From: a virus
Taxonomy: Duplodnaviria > Caudoviricetes
IMG/VR virus record: IMGVR_UViG_3300006164_000037
Coordinates: 1 to 26,227 of that record
Reading direction: 5' to 3' (one strand)
DNA length: 26,227 bases
In this document: positions 1-10,100 of the stretch, piece by piece
Numbering within the stretch: position 1 is the stretch's first letter
Layout of the letters: every line of letters starts with the position of its first letter
Translations under genes and position numbers: made by a program
The notes under the pieces: generated by a model
The model's database searches: none
What the model saw: only the letters and a program-made list of their open reading frames with translations
Told to the model about the DNA's origin: nothing

Positions 1-467
1 TTTATTTTGCCGTCAGATTTTGGATCAGCTGAATCAGATAATGTTCCTGGTTTTACAGTTTTAGTTTCTGTATCTTCTTTATCCTTTTTAGCTTTTTCAG
101 TGTCTTCTCTTTCATAATCTCCATCTTTTGCTGAAAGGGCTTGAGAATCTACTTCTTCTGCTTCATCTCCATCTTTGTCTAGTGGTTCAAACTTACCACT
201 ATCTGATTTTTTATATTTTTGTGGATTTGATTTATCTTTATCTGCAGTTTTAACGTAAATACCCTTACTTAAATGGACATAATCATCTTTATTATCAGCT
301 TCCAGAAGATTTGTAGTATATTCCTGTATAACGGATTCAGAGTAGCCTGATTCTCTCAATACATCTTTAAGAAATTCTATATGATTTCTGTTTTTTGGAT
401 CGGGACACCCATCATTGACTCTCCAGGCCCAATCTCTAATTAAATTGTCTAAAAATGCATTTTTCAT
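1..467 (-). CDS. Hypothetical protein, 5' part (runs off window); possibly head-associated
   Basis: Not in ORF track. Hand translation from ATG at 467: MKNAFLDNLIRDWAWRVNDGCPDPKNRNHIEFLKDVLRESGYSESVIQEYTTNLLEADNKDD..., open to the window edge. GAGGT SD at 474-478 and ATATTTATA motif at 483-491. Confidence 0.85.
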   Translation of the reverse strand, partial: MKNAFLDNLIRDWAWRVNDGCPDPKNRNHIEFLKDVLRESGYSESVIQEYTTNLLEADNKDDYVHLSKGIYVKTADKDKSNPQKYKKSDSGKFEPLDKDGDEAEEVDSQALSAKDGDYEREDTEKAKKDKEDTETKTVKPGTLSDSADPKSDGKI

Positions 468-482
468 ATAATAACCTCAATC

Positions 483-491
483 TATAAATAT
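483..491 (-). promoter_or_regulatory. ATATTTATA motif (putative late promoter)
   Basis: Exact copy, 15 nt upstream of ATG at 467. Confidence 0.7.
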
Positions 492-1789
492 CAAGAAAAT
501 CTAGAAGAAACATCATTCAGGTCACCATAATTGGTACCAAAGCTGATGCGTGTTGGATATTTCATAGCTCTTTTTATTTGTAAAATAAAATCTTTTCCAT
601 CATCTAAATTAAAATCAAAAGTAAAACTATCATATGTATATAGTATAAATTTACTCTTATATTTTTTTAACACACTAAAAACTCTAGTCATAGATTCAGA
701 ATTTACTTCTGTTTCCATGGATTGTATATAGTAATTAAATAACTTTTGTGGGGTCATTTCGCCTATAACTTTTTCATGTACTATTCTATTATATAAATAT
801 GTTTTATAGTATTTTTTTGTACACCATTTTTGCCAAAATTCAAAAATAAAATCATTTACTTTTCTAAAGAATGGAATTGATAAAAATTCTTTAGGTATAC
901 CACCATATAATATTCTAAAGCTAATTTCTTTTGATTGATTATATTCATCAGGTGTAAGTTTATCTTTTCCAAAATATTGTTTACCTAAGTATTCGTGAAC
1001 AGATGCCTTGGGTAACTCATATCCTATTAAATCTCCTATCAATCTTAAGTGATATGCATCATAATCCAACTCTATAATTCCTCCATCCTTAAATCTACTA
1101 ATATATTTTGTTCTAGTTCCATCAGATTTATTCAATGCTGAATAATTTGTTTTGTTAAATTTATTACTTGGTCGACCTGTTCGGGTATATGGGTTGTAAT
1201 TACAATAACTAAATCCTTTAGAAGTATATAATCCAGAACTTTCTATGTTCATTAAATTATTAAGAAAAACACAGTTAAATGAATTATAATCAGTATTTTT
1301 AATTATTGATAAATCTAATTCTTTAATATTTTTTTCTATTTTTTGACAGTATTCAATATGTTTATGTATTGGTATAATTGTGTTAACATTGTTTAATTCC
1401 CAATACATTGAATACATAAATTTGTGGGCTTGTGTATTTTCTATATTTAATTTTGATCCAGTTAAGTGATAAGATATTGCGTTACAATCATATACATGTT
1501 CTATAGTATTAAATAAGTGATAAAATTCTTTAGAATCTAATACATATATATTTTTCATTGACCGTATAAGATCTAAAACACTATCAAAATTAAAATTTTT
1601 TAATGCATCAGTGTGGTTTATTGGAATATAGCATTTTTGCATATTATCCAACATGGAAATATAAATGCCTTGTAAATTACTTACTCTAGGGTGTACTCTG
1701 TGATCAGTACATATTGGTATCACTATCGCGTTGCTATCTTTACATATTTGTACCAAATCAGCAAATTTATGTGAATACTCTATAACCAT
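491..1789 (-). CDS. Compact, divergent family A DNA polymerase-like protein
   Basis: PolA motifs in order: TRTGRPSN (cf. TGRLSS), ELDYDAYHLR (motif A), SKEISFRILYGG (motif B), FNYYIQS (cf. NxxIQG), LYTYDSF (motif C). Only 432 aa. Confidence 0.8.
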   Translation of the reverse strand: MVIEYSHKFADLVQICKDSNAIVIPICTDHRVHPRVSNLQGIYISMLDNMQKCYIPINHTDALKNFNFDSVLDLIRSMKNIYVLDSKEFYHLFNTIEHVYDCNAISYHLTGSKLNIENTQAHKFMYSMYWELNNVNTIIPIHKHIEYCQKIEKNIKELDLSIIKNTDYNSFNCVFLNNLMNIESSGLYTSKGFSYCNYNPYTRTGRPSNKFNKTNYSALNKSDGTRTKYISRFKDGGIIELDYDAYHLRLIGDLIGYELPKASVHEYLGKQYFGKDKLTPDEYNQSKEISFRILYGGIPKEFLSIPFFRKVNDFIFEFWQKWCTKKYYKTYLYNRIVHEKVIGEMTPQKLFNYYIQSMETEVNSESMTRVFSVLKKYKSKFILYTYDSFTFDFNLDDGKDFILQIKRAMKYPTRISFGTNYGDLNDVSSRFS

Positions 1790-1829
1790 AATTATATTTA
1801 ATATAATAAAATTATTTGATATAAAAAAA

Positions 1830-2654
1830 TTATAGACCCATTATATCATTATAAACTATTTGGGGAGTTTGTTTTACTTTTTCATCGTTTGTTTTAGGAA
1901 ATACTTGAGAAGGTATTGGGTATAATTTTCCATGGGAACCATCTATATGGCTAGATCCCTCCATTGGGCCGAAATCAGGGTGTACATGATATGGTCCTGA
2001 ATACGACATTAGGTTATCATTTAAAAATTGTGAGCCATCTGTATGCATGTCATCTTCTGCTTGAGGATATGCATATTCTAAATAATCAGAAATATGTTCA
2101 GTTATTCCCGATAAGGTATCATCTATTCTTTCTAAAGTTCTTCTATTTGTATCTATTATTCCATGATCGCTTATCATGTCCCCTTGAGTTCTATCAAATA
2201 GTGGACCATGTATTTTCCACTTAAAAAATGCAGCACCATATAGTTGATGATGGGGAGTTTTTTGTTTAATTATTAGCTTATATTGTTGTTGGTCTATTTC
2301 TAAGAATGTTCCATCAGGGAGATATTTTGTAAAATATCTAAAAAACCAACCTCTTTGTTCATCTAATTGGGTTATACGAGATGCTTGGTTTACAACTCCA
2401 GTCCATGGCAAGGCCATTTTCTTTTGTAATCTATTATATACCCATTTTTGGTGGTTATTTGTTATAGTAGTAAGGGGCTGTTTCAAGGTCCACTTTGTTG
2501 GTTCATCACCCTTAAAAGCTAAATCATAAATTGTATGGTATGGTCCTTCATATGAATTAGGAGAAGGATTTGTTGGATCAGCATATTTGCCTCCTTTAGT
2601 ATACAAATTTACCTTTGTAAATGAAGATTTTTTTATTTTTCTAATATTTCTCAT
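1830..2654 (-). CDS. Hypothetical protein with duplicated YxGPYH module, probably baseplate-associated
   Basis: 274-aa ORF, AGGAGA SD at 2662-2667, directly follows the hub gene. YEGPYH near N-terminus and YSGPYH near C-terminus. Confidence 0.7.
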   Translation of the reverse strand: MRNIRKIKKSSFTKVNLYTKGGKYADPTNPSPNSYEGPYHTIYDLAFKGDEPTKWTLKQPLTTITNNHQKWVYNRLQKKMALPWTGVVNQASRITQLDEQRGWFFRYFTKYLPDGTFLEIDQQQYKLIIKQKTPHHQLYGAAFFKWKIHGPLFDRTQGDMISDHGIIDTNRRTLERIDDTLSGITEHISDYLEYAYPQAEDDMHTDGSQFLNDNLMSYSGPYHVHPDFGPMEGSSHIDGSHGKLYPIPSQVFPKTNDEKVKQTPQIVYNDIMGL

Positions 2655-2665
2655 GTATTATTCTC

Positions 2666-5600
2666 CTATCCTTGATACCACTCATATCCATCAGGTAATA
2701 TATAATCTACCTCGCGATCACCTGCACTTACGTTTCCTTTATTCATGAATCCCATCTTTCCCTTCCCTTGATTTGATTCAGTAAAGTCTTGTTGGGGTTT
2801 CTCATTTGTAAATGTATTAAAATATTGTACCTCAGAAGCTCCATGTATTGAATATGCATGTGCATGACTACCACCGTTTCGAATATAAGTGTGGGCTCGT
2901 ATAGTTTCATAGCTTATACCTGCTCTAAATCCTTTTGCGTCTAATTTTAGTGCCGTATTTCTAGGAGAAAGTGCATAATCTGCTTTAGCAAATGCATTTG
3001 CGCCTGCTACCGGATGGTGATCGTAATGGCTAGTTGCACCATGAGTTAATGATTTATATGAAGCTCCTCTTTTAAAGTTATTCCAATCTCTTTTCATTTG
3101 TCGTTTAATTAGACCATTCCACTTACTCCACATTGTGATCCACTTTTTAATTAGTGCATCCTCATCAAATAGAGGATCACGTGATCCAGTTACCCAATAT
3201 CCAGTTTTTCCATTTGCCCACTGATCCCAGATCTCGTCACTACCAGGACCTTGATGGGCTGGAATATCTGCATCTGGAGTAAAATATTTAATATGTTCAC
3301 CTATCCATAATCCTGCACTTTCTGGATTACCCGGTAATAAGTCTGTACCGAAATCAGGGATTCCCCACATTGGGTGCCACAATCTGTTACTATCTTTTGA
3401 GGCTTTCCTCTTGAGCTGCAGTCCTTTCTTCTTTTTCTTAACACTGCCTCCAGTGGCCATGAAAGGGGCTGTATGAATAACGGATGTTGCTCTATCTTCA
3501 TCGGCTCTATTATTTAACATTGCTCCTGTGAATGTGTTTTTCTTACCCCATAGATTATATTTTGAATCATTGTCAACTGGATTTCCACAAGACATTCCAC
3601 CTTTATCATCTCCATGCCACATGTACAGATCTATAAAGAAACAATGAGATTTATTTCTTCTAAATTCAGCATAAAAACAATCTCTGTATAGCCAATTTTC
3701 ATATCCAAATACACCTGACTGTATAAGTTCACCAAAAGTACCCCAAATTTCACAATCTTCTCCGGTTATAGGATCTTCTTCTCCTATTTGGTGTTTTAGA
3801 TTATCTTCACAACATTCTGGACTATCTGTCCCATCTTCACAAGGACAAGATTTGTGGGTTATCACAGTTACGTCTCCTGTTACTGTTTTTATATCATCTT
3901 CACACTTTCCTTTTTCATTAATTTTTTTCTTATCAACAACTTCTTCTTCACAACATTCTGGTTTAACTTCTTCAGAGTCAGGACAAGGACAACCGTCTTT
4001 CCCATCTCCTGGATCTTTCTCAATAATATGGGTTGGGATTTTTTGGGCTTCTAAATCTCCTGCTTCTATTGGGCCGTCACAACAATCCATACTATATTCG
4101 CCGGGCATTCCTTCACAAGGACAACCTGTAGGTAATGGAGTCATTCCTATCATAGGGATTGCTAGAATTTCTTCTTGATCTGTAATTTTTTCTTCAATAA
4201 TTTCATCATCTTCATCAGGAATTTTTGGAATGATTTTTACAGGAGTAAATTTATCGCCATCTTTAATTATTAATGAAGTAATTGGTTTTCCTGGAATATT
4301 AAAATTACCACTATTTTGGTCTGCTGTACAAGATGAATAATCCAGGCATTTTCCAGGTCTCATTACTGTTCTCACAGTTGTAGTCCAATCTTTATCACTT
4401 ATCTCATGGTCAACACCCATTATTTGAAAATTAAAACCTCTTGTATATCGTGCCGGTAATGCTGAATTTTTCTTAAAGGCAATGTAATTTCCCCATCGTA
4501 AACCAGAAATACCATCTAATGTTAGACCTACATCTAGTGGAATAGTTATCATTCCATCATCACCTGTTAAACTCATTTCTTTTAGGCCTCCACCTGATTC
4601 ATTTGGTAATCCTGCAGATGGGTCAGATAAATTCATAAGTTTTCTCATGGCTGTTATCATTTCTTCAACTGTGTCAGGTTCAACTTTATTGGCTAGCTCT
4701 CCTCCAGCCTTCCAATATCCTTCCCATGCATCATCTAAAGCGTTAGCATTAGAACCCTTAGTAGTATTACAACAATCTACATCTTTAACTTGACCTACTG
4801 AATCCAGTAGTGCCATTTTTTCGTATACCTGATCTACAACATCAGGAGACCATTGGTCATATTCTCTTGCTGATTGTCCGCCCATTGGCTGTGCTGATGA
4901 TGGGCCTGACTTTTTATTTTTTCCATACATTATTGCGGCAGCCATTTTACTATCTATCTTTGTTTCAACTGAAACATCTCTACATATTGACTTTCTTCCA
5001 ACTGGATAAAAATGGAATCCTTGTACTGTATTTGAATCAGGAGCATAGTTACGGTCTATTATTCTAACTGTACTTGGGTCATCTGGATCTTCAACAATCA
5101 CCAAATCCCATAAATTGCCGGTTACCTGTGACATTTGATTTAATAATTCATCTAAAAATTCATCTAATGAGGTTTTTTCATCACCTATAGAAGTAATAAC
5201 CTTAGTATTTATCATTATATTACTTAGTAGTCCTTTCCCAGATGAACCTGCATTATTATTTCCGTGGGACGTACGTGCGTCGGCTGCATGACTTTCACTT
5301 GGGTCAAAAGGTTTGAATTTTAAGAAATTTTCATCTGTAGTTGGATCAACATTATCATCTTGTAAAGCTTCAGTTACCCTTGTTTCTGTTGCTTCTCTGT
5401 TTGCTGCTCTTGCTGCAGTTGCTGCTGCACCATCAGCTTCATAAAATGGAGTAAAATAATCTTTTAACCATTCTAATTTTTCTCCAACCCAACCTGCTAA
5501 AAAAGCCAGAATACTTACTGCTCCTGATACTTTTACTTCGTGGTTTTTCCAATGTTCTTGTCTAGGTAATATAATAACCCCTGGATCTGCAGAAACCATC

Positions 5601-6793
5601 ATTGGATGATTTTTCAAAACTGAACCTCTACTATCAAGTTTATATACTAAATTATTTTTTCTGGGATGTCTATATATTTTACTTTTCCATTTGTTAAATG
5701 TTTTTGTATATGCATGAGGGTTACTTGTACTTCCATTACATACACTTTTATCATCTCCAGACTTATCATGGGATGTTCCTTTTTCTTCCAAAGATGCATA
5801 CATTGGTGCTAATTTTCTATTCACTATGTATTCTTCAAAATAATCCCATGTTACGTAATAATCTAATTCTGCATTTGTTGGTCCACTACCAATCATTCCA
5901 GAAAACCAAGATTTTATTGTATCCATAGCTCCCATTTCTTTATCAAATAAGGCTGCAATTCCTATATAACATGTACGGCCACCTGCTTCTTTATTTTGGT
6001 ATGGTTCATTGGGATCAGCTGTTAGATTTGTTTCTATAAAATTTACAACTTGGTCCATGTTTGGAGTATGTTTTTTTGCATCATCTGGATCGTCATCTGG
6101 ATCATCTGGGCATCCACTATGAAGTGTTGCTGTTTCTGTTGAAGTTGAAAGAAAAGTATTTCCTTGAGAAGTTAATTCAACAGTACAATCATATCCACCA
6201 AATGAATTTAATGACCAATTAAAATTTGTAACTAATCCTCTTAATGCATCATAACTAAAATTATGGGCTGATTGCAATTTTCTTACCTCACATAAAAAAT
6301 CTCCAGTAGAGTCGTACTTCCAATCTAAATCTCTTATTCTACTAGATACAAAATTACCGTCTGAGTCTACTGACCATCCCCACTCTATTAAAACGTGTGT
6401 ACCCAAAGACATATAAAATCTTTCATAAATGTCAAGTTTATCCCAATCCCAAACTACAAAGTCTATAGTTGCCTTTCTAAAGGCTCCCATTGTACCTTTA
6501 TCTTCAATCTTCATATTTTTTATACCTGGTCTAGGATTATTTCTTCGCTTTGTATCGGTGCCACCCTTATTTACTCTATATGAAGCTCCTGAGCCTTCAG
6601 AGAATGCATCCATTTTACCACCCATTAATATTGACGAAGAACCTGTTGAAGTACCAACTTTAACCATAGGTGTCATTCTGGCCCAAGGAATTCTTCCATG
6701 TGTCCATGCACCATATCCATCGGGTATAAGAACACTTCGTTTACAAAGCTCCTTTCTTACCCCTGGGGCCATATCAGAACCTACCATTGACAT
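2666..6793 (-). CDS. Large baseplate hub-like protein (gp27/gpD-like N-terminal region) with Cys-rich linker and unknown C-terminal domain
   Basis: 1375 aa, follows the LysM/gpX-like gene. Hub-like segments: LIEWGWS, YDALRGLVTNFNWS..GGYDCTVELTSQG, LTLDGISGLRWGN, FQIMGVDHEISDKDWTTTV. AGGAGA SD at 6800-6805. Confidence 0.65.
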   Translation of the reverse strand: MSMVGSDMAPGVRKELCKRSVLIPDGYGAWTHGRIPWARMTPMVKVGTSTGSSSILMGGKMDAFSEGSGASYRVNKGGTDTKRRNNPRPGIKNMKIEDKGTMGAFRKATIDFVVWDWDKLDIYERFYMSLGTHVLIEWGWSVDSDGNFVSSRIRDLDWKYDSTGDFLCEVRKLQSAHNFSYDALRGLVTNFNWSLNSFGGYDCTVELTSQGNTFLSTSTETATLHSGCPDDPDDDPDDAKKHTPNMDQVVNFIETNLTADPNEPYQNKEAGGRTCYIGIAALFDKEMGAMDTIKSWFSGMIGSGPTNAELDYYVTWDYFEEYIVNRKLAPMYASLEEKGTSHDKSGDDKSVCNGSTSNPHAYTKTFNKWKSKIYRHPRKNNLVYKLDSRGSVLKNHPMMVSADPGVIILPRQEHWKNHEVKVSGAVSILAFLAGWVGEKLEWLKDYFTPFYEADGAAATAARAANREATETRVTEALQDDNVDPTTDENFLKFKPFDPSESHAADARTSHGNNNAGSSGKGLLSNIMINTKVITSIGDEKTSLDEFLDELLNQMSQVTGNLWDLVIVEDPDDPSTVRIIDRNYAPDSNTVQGFHFYPVGRKSICRDVSVETKIDSKMAAAIMYGKNKKSGPSSAQPMGGQSAREYDQWSPDVVDQVYEKMALLDSVGQVKDVDCCNTTKGSNANALDDAWEGYWKAGGELANKVEPDTVEEMITAMRKLMNLSDPSAGLPNESGGGLKEMSLTGDDGMITIPLDVGLTLDGISGLRWGNYIAFKKNSALPARYTRGFNFQIMGVDHEISDKDWTTTVRTVMRPGKCLDYSSCTADQNSGNFNIPGKPITSLIIKDGDKFTPVKIIPKIPDEDDEIIEEKITDQEEILAIPMIGMTPLPTGCPCEGMPGEYSMDCCDGPIEAGDLEAQKIPTHIIEKDPGDGKDGCPCPDSEEVKPECCEEEVVDKKKINEKGKCEDDIKTVTGDVTVITHKSCPCEDGTDSPECCEDNLKHQIGEEDPITGEDCEIWGTFGELIQSGVFGYENWLYRDCFYAEFRRNKSHCFFIDLYMWHGDDKGGMSCGNPVDNDSKYNLWGKKNTFTGAMLNNRADEDRATSVIHTAPFMATGGSVKKKKKGLQLKRKASKDSNRLWHPMWGIPDFGTDLLPGNPESAGLWIGEHIKYFTPDADIPAHQGPGSDEIWDQWANGKTGYWVTGSRDPLFDEDALIKKWITMWSKWNGLIKRQMKRDWNNFKRGASYKSLTHGATSHYDHHPVAGANAFAKADYALSPRNTALKLDAKGFRAGISYETIRAHTYIRNGGSHAHAYSIHGASEVQYFNTFTNEKPQQDFTESNQGKGKMGFMNKGNVSAGDREVDYILPDGYEWYQG
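3809..4123 (-). repeat. Three CPC-x(8-10)-CC coding repeats
   Basis: CPCEGMPGEYSMDCC (4079-4123), CPCPDSEEVKPECC (3950-3991), CPCEDGTDSPECC (3809-3847). Confidence 0.9.
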
Positions 6794-6796
6794 AAA

Positions 6797-7105
6797 TTAT
6801 CTCCTATTAAAATTTGTTTGTCTGTGATTATTTATTATAGCTTGAACATCTTGTGGAATTCTTAGTTTTGTTCCTGGTGGAACTGCAAATGAACCTTTAC
6901 CTAAAGCATTTGCATCTGCTAAAATCCACCAATATGTTACGTCACCATAAAACTCAAATGCTAAATTATCTAGTCTATCACCAACCCTAGTTCTAACAAA
7001 TAAATCACTATCATCTCTATCACTACCAGCGTACATTGTCGTCTTATATTTACGAACTCGCTTGTTAAGATCTACTGCATTGTTTGTTGATTTGTATCTA
7101 TCCAT
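6797..7105 (-). CDS. LysM-fold baseplate protein (P2 gpX / T4 gp53-like)
   Basis: GDRLDNLAFEFYGDVTYWWILADAN...VPPGTKLRIP is a typical LysM/tail-X signature. Located between tube initiator and hub. Confidence 0.85.
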   Translation of the reverse strand: MDRYKSTNNAVDLNKRVRKYKTTMYAGSDRDDSDLFVRTRVGDRLDNLAFEFYGDVTYWWILADANALGKGSFAVPPGTKLRIPQDVQAIINNHRQTNFNRR

Positions 7106-7120
7106 TTGTTATTCCTCTAA

Positions 7121-7129
7121 TATAAATAT
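7121..7129 (-). promoter_or_regulatory. ATATTTATA motif (putative late promoter)
   Basis: Exact copy, 15 nt upstream of LysM gene. Confidence 0.7.
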
Positions 7130-7144
7130 AATTTATTTACAATA

Positions 7145-10100
7145 TTATGCTTCTGTGAGTGGGGATGGTGTTTCTCTATTGAAATTTTTATTGATTGCAC
7201 TAAAATATACAGAGTCTCGTCTAAATACTCTATTACCTGATTTTGCATTAAAGTTTCCTTTTTGTGGGTCATATATTTGTGGTTCTGCAAATAATATTTT
7301 ACAACCAACAGAAACATCTAAATAATACGGCAATTGTCTTCCTTTATCAATGTCCCATGGAGATTGGGCTGCAACTTTTATTTCAAAACTATCTATGGCT
7401 ATAGGAATATCTGTAAAATAGTCTCCAATAGTTAATTTTAATAATGGGGCAACTGGTAATCCTTTTGAGGATTTGTATGCTGGACCAATTATTTGTAGCA
7501 TATTATTTAATCGCTTATAGTTTGCATCTAATTCAGCTTGGGTAAAAGCATATACATTAAAACTAAAACTAGCTTCTCTAGATATACTTTTGAAAAGATA
7601 TGTTGGACTTGTTCTACCAATATAAGAAACTTCTTCCCATTGCGGACTAAATGTATCTGATAGATCCGTTAAGAAAGCTCTAAATTGTAGTTGATTTGCA
7701 ACATCATCTAATGTTTTGAACTGAAATAGTATTAAGTCATCAAATGGTTCTGGAGTTATACCTTCAGTTGTTTTATTCATTGAGTTATATGGTTCTGGAT
7801 ATCCATGTTTATCAAAAAATACACTTTTATCCTCTGTCCAAGTTGGGCTATTTCTGTCACTAATATTTTTTCCAGGTTTACCGTAATCTCTACCAAATCT
7901 AGTATGGTAATCTTCACCTCTCCAGGGTTTAGTTATACCACCATCATCATTTTGGCCATCATCTCCTTTATTTGGTTGCTGCATAATTTTGTTTGCAATA
8001 CCCAAATCTATTCCATCTTTTTCACTAGAGAACATATATTCTCTAAAGTCATTTAGTCCTCTACGATTTTCTTGAATCTTTCCTATTTGACCATATGATA
8101 TTGCTTCATATCTATGGCTCATTCCAGTTGAATAGTCTTTTGAATGGAGGAAATCTCGCATAGATGGAGGCATTTTTCCATCCGGTTGAACCATAGAACC
8201 TAAATCGCCAGCTCTTTCTGAATCATTAGCTACATCATCTGGAGATGAATCTTTTCCTCCTTTTATATTTGCACCATACCATAATCCATCTCCCTTTTTC
8301 TCCCCCATAGTATATGAATTGTGGATGAAGTTTGGATTTTCTGCTCTTGGATTTGGATCATCTGATTTTATTTTACCTTCTTGATTTCCCCAATGGGTTG
8401 TAAGAGAAATTGCATCTCCATGTGTTCCAGTTAGATTAGTATGTAGAGTCCTATCAAATCCAGAATCTGACTTATATATTCTTGTTCTACCTATACCATA
8501 AAGAGAATGAGGACCAAATAGCCCAGAAATAGTACTTATTTTTTCTCTTGGTACAAGAAGTTTTTTTAATTTCTTTTTTGCCCATCTTCCAAATTTTGCA
8601 AATATATTTTTCCTTTTCTTTCTTGGCTTTACGGCCTTTAGAGTATCTTTATCAAAATACCCAACACCCATTTCTTTTCCTAATTTATATAATCTATTCT
8701 TTTTTCTAAATGGACCATATACCGTACCTTTAGTATAATTGGTTCTACCTCGTTCATCAACAGTTTTTTCATAATGGGTACCATCTCCTTCTAGTGGTCC
8801 GAAACCGTGTCTTACTAAATGTATACCTATACCATTTACAGCAACTTGAGCTAATGTTGATAAACCTATTGGATATACTCTAGTTCTAGATACTGTTCCA
8901 AATAATGTTGCTCCTTGCCATTTGGGATTAGATAGCTGCATACCAATATTTTTAGCTATAAATAATAAACCACTAGGACTTATCATATATTGTCCTATTC
9001 TACTAATATCATGCAATGCTCTATTTAGAGAAGTACCTATTCCTCCTCTTATTAGTGAATCTCCATGTACTGGTCCAGGACCATCACTAAATAAGCTCCA
9101 ATTTGAACCTATATCCCTAGTTACATATGGTTGTTTTCCATAAAATCCTGAATTGTGGGCTTCATCTCGTAAAGGTAAAGATTTATATAGGTCTTCAACC
9201 CTTGTTTTGAAACTTCCAACTAATTCAATTCCACTTGTAAACCTGGCTTTTTTTCCAGTTACGTGGCCACCGTGATCTACAGAAAATGTTTGGCCTATAC
9301 CATCCTTTGCGCTTGGGGCAGTTGGGGGTTTTGTAGCATCAACAATGTTATAATATGTATCATTCCAAATATAACTTTGTCTTGGAGATGGATCTGTTGG
9401 ATAACTATAAGGTTGACCACTAACATATCCCTTGAAGTCTGTTACTGATTTATGAGATTTGTTTAGTGTAAAACCACTAGCTTTTTGGTTTCCAAATCCA
9501 TCCACTGGTATACCAATTTTAGCATCATATATTGCTCGAGTCCATGCTTGAGATGAACCAGCTGGAACTATAGTATTAAAATCAAATTTCATGTCAGGAG
9601 CTGCACCTGTTATTCCTGCAAAATCAGAATTTGATAATGGAGCCTTATTTCTAATAAATCCTACTGCATCTGTATTACTCATGTTATCTACACCAGCACC
9701 TATCTTATCATTATATATTGATCGAGTCCAGCCCCAAATTTGTCCTAATCCACCTCTATCAATAAAGTTATACTGCATATTACCATGGCCTTCTCCACCT
9801 ATTCCCATAAAGTCAGATACAGATAGGTGATGTTTGTTTGGTACAAATCCTACTGCATCGAAATTTTGAGTACCATCCCAAATACCTAATATTCCTAATC
9901 CTTGATTTCCTGTATGAGTATATGAAAATGTTCCTGGTGCTGGTCCTCCAGATATTCCTGTAAATTCAGAAGATCCTAAATGTACTGTATTTGGAGTAAA
10001 ACCAGTTGCATTAATGTTTGGTATTTGATCATGGATACTAAGTATTCCATGGTAATTTCCAGTATGAGCATAGCTCATTGCACCAGGTACTCCAGATATT

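Noticed and set aside
792-800. Intragenic ATATTTATA copy
   Set aside because: Inside the polA-like CDS (T-Y-L-Y codons), far from a start; plausibly chance in AT-rich DNA.
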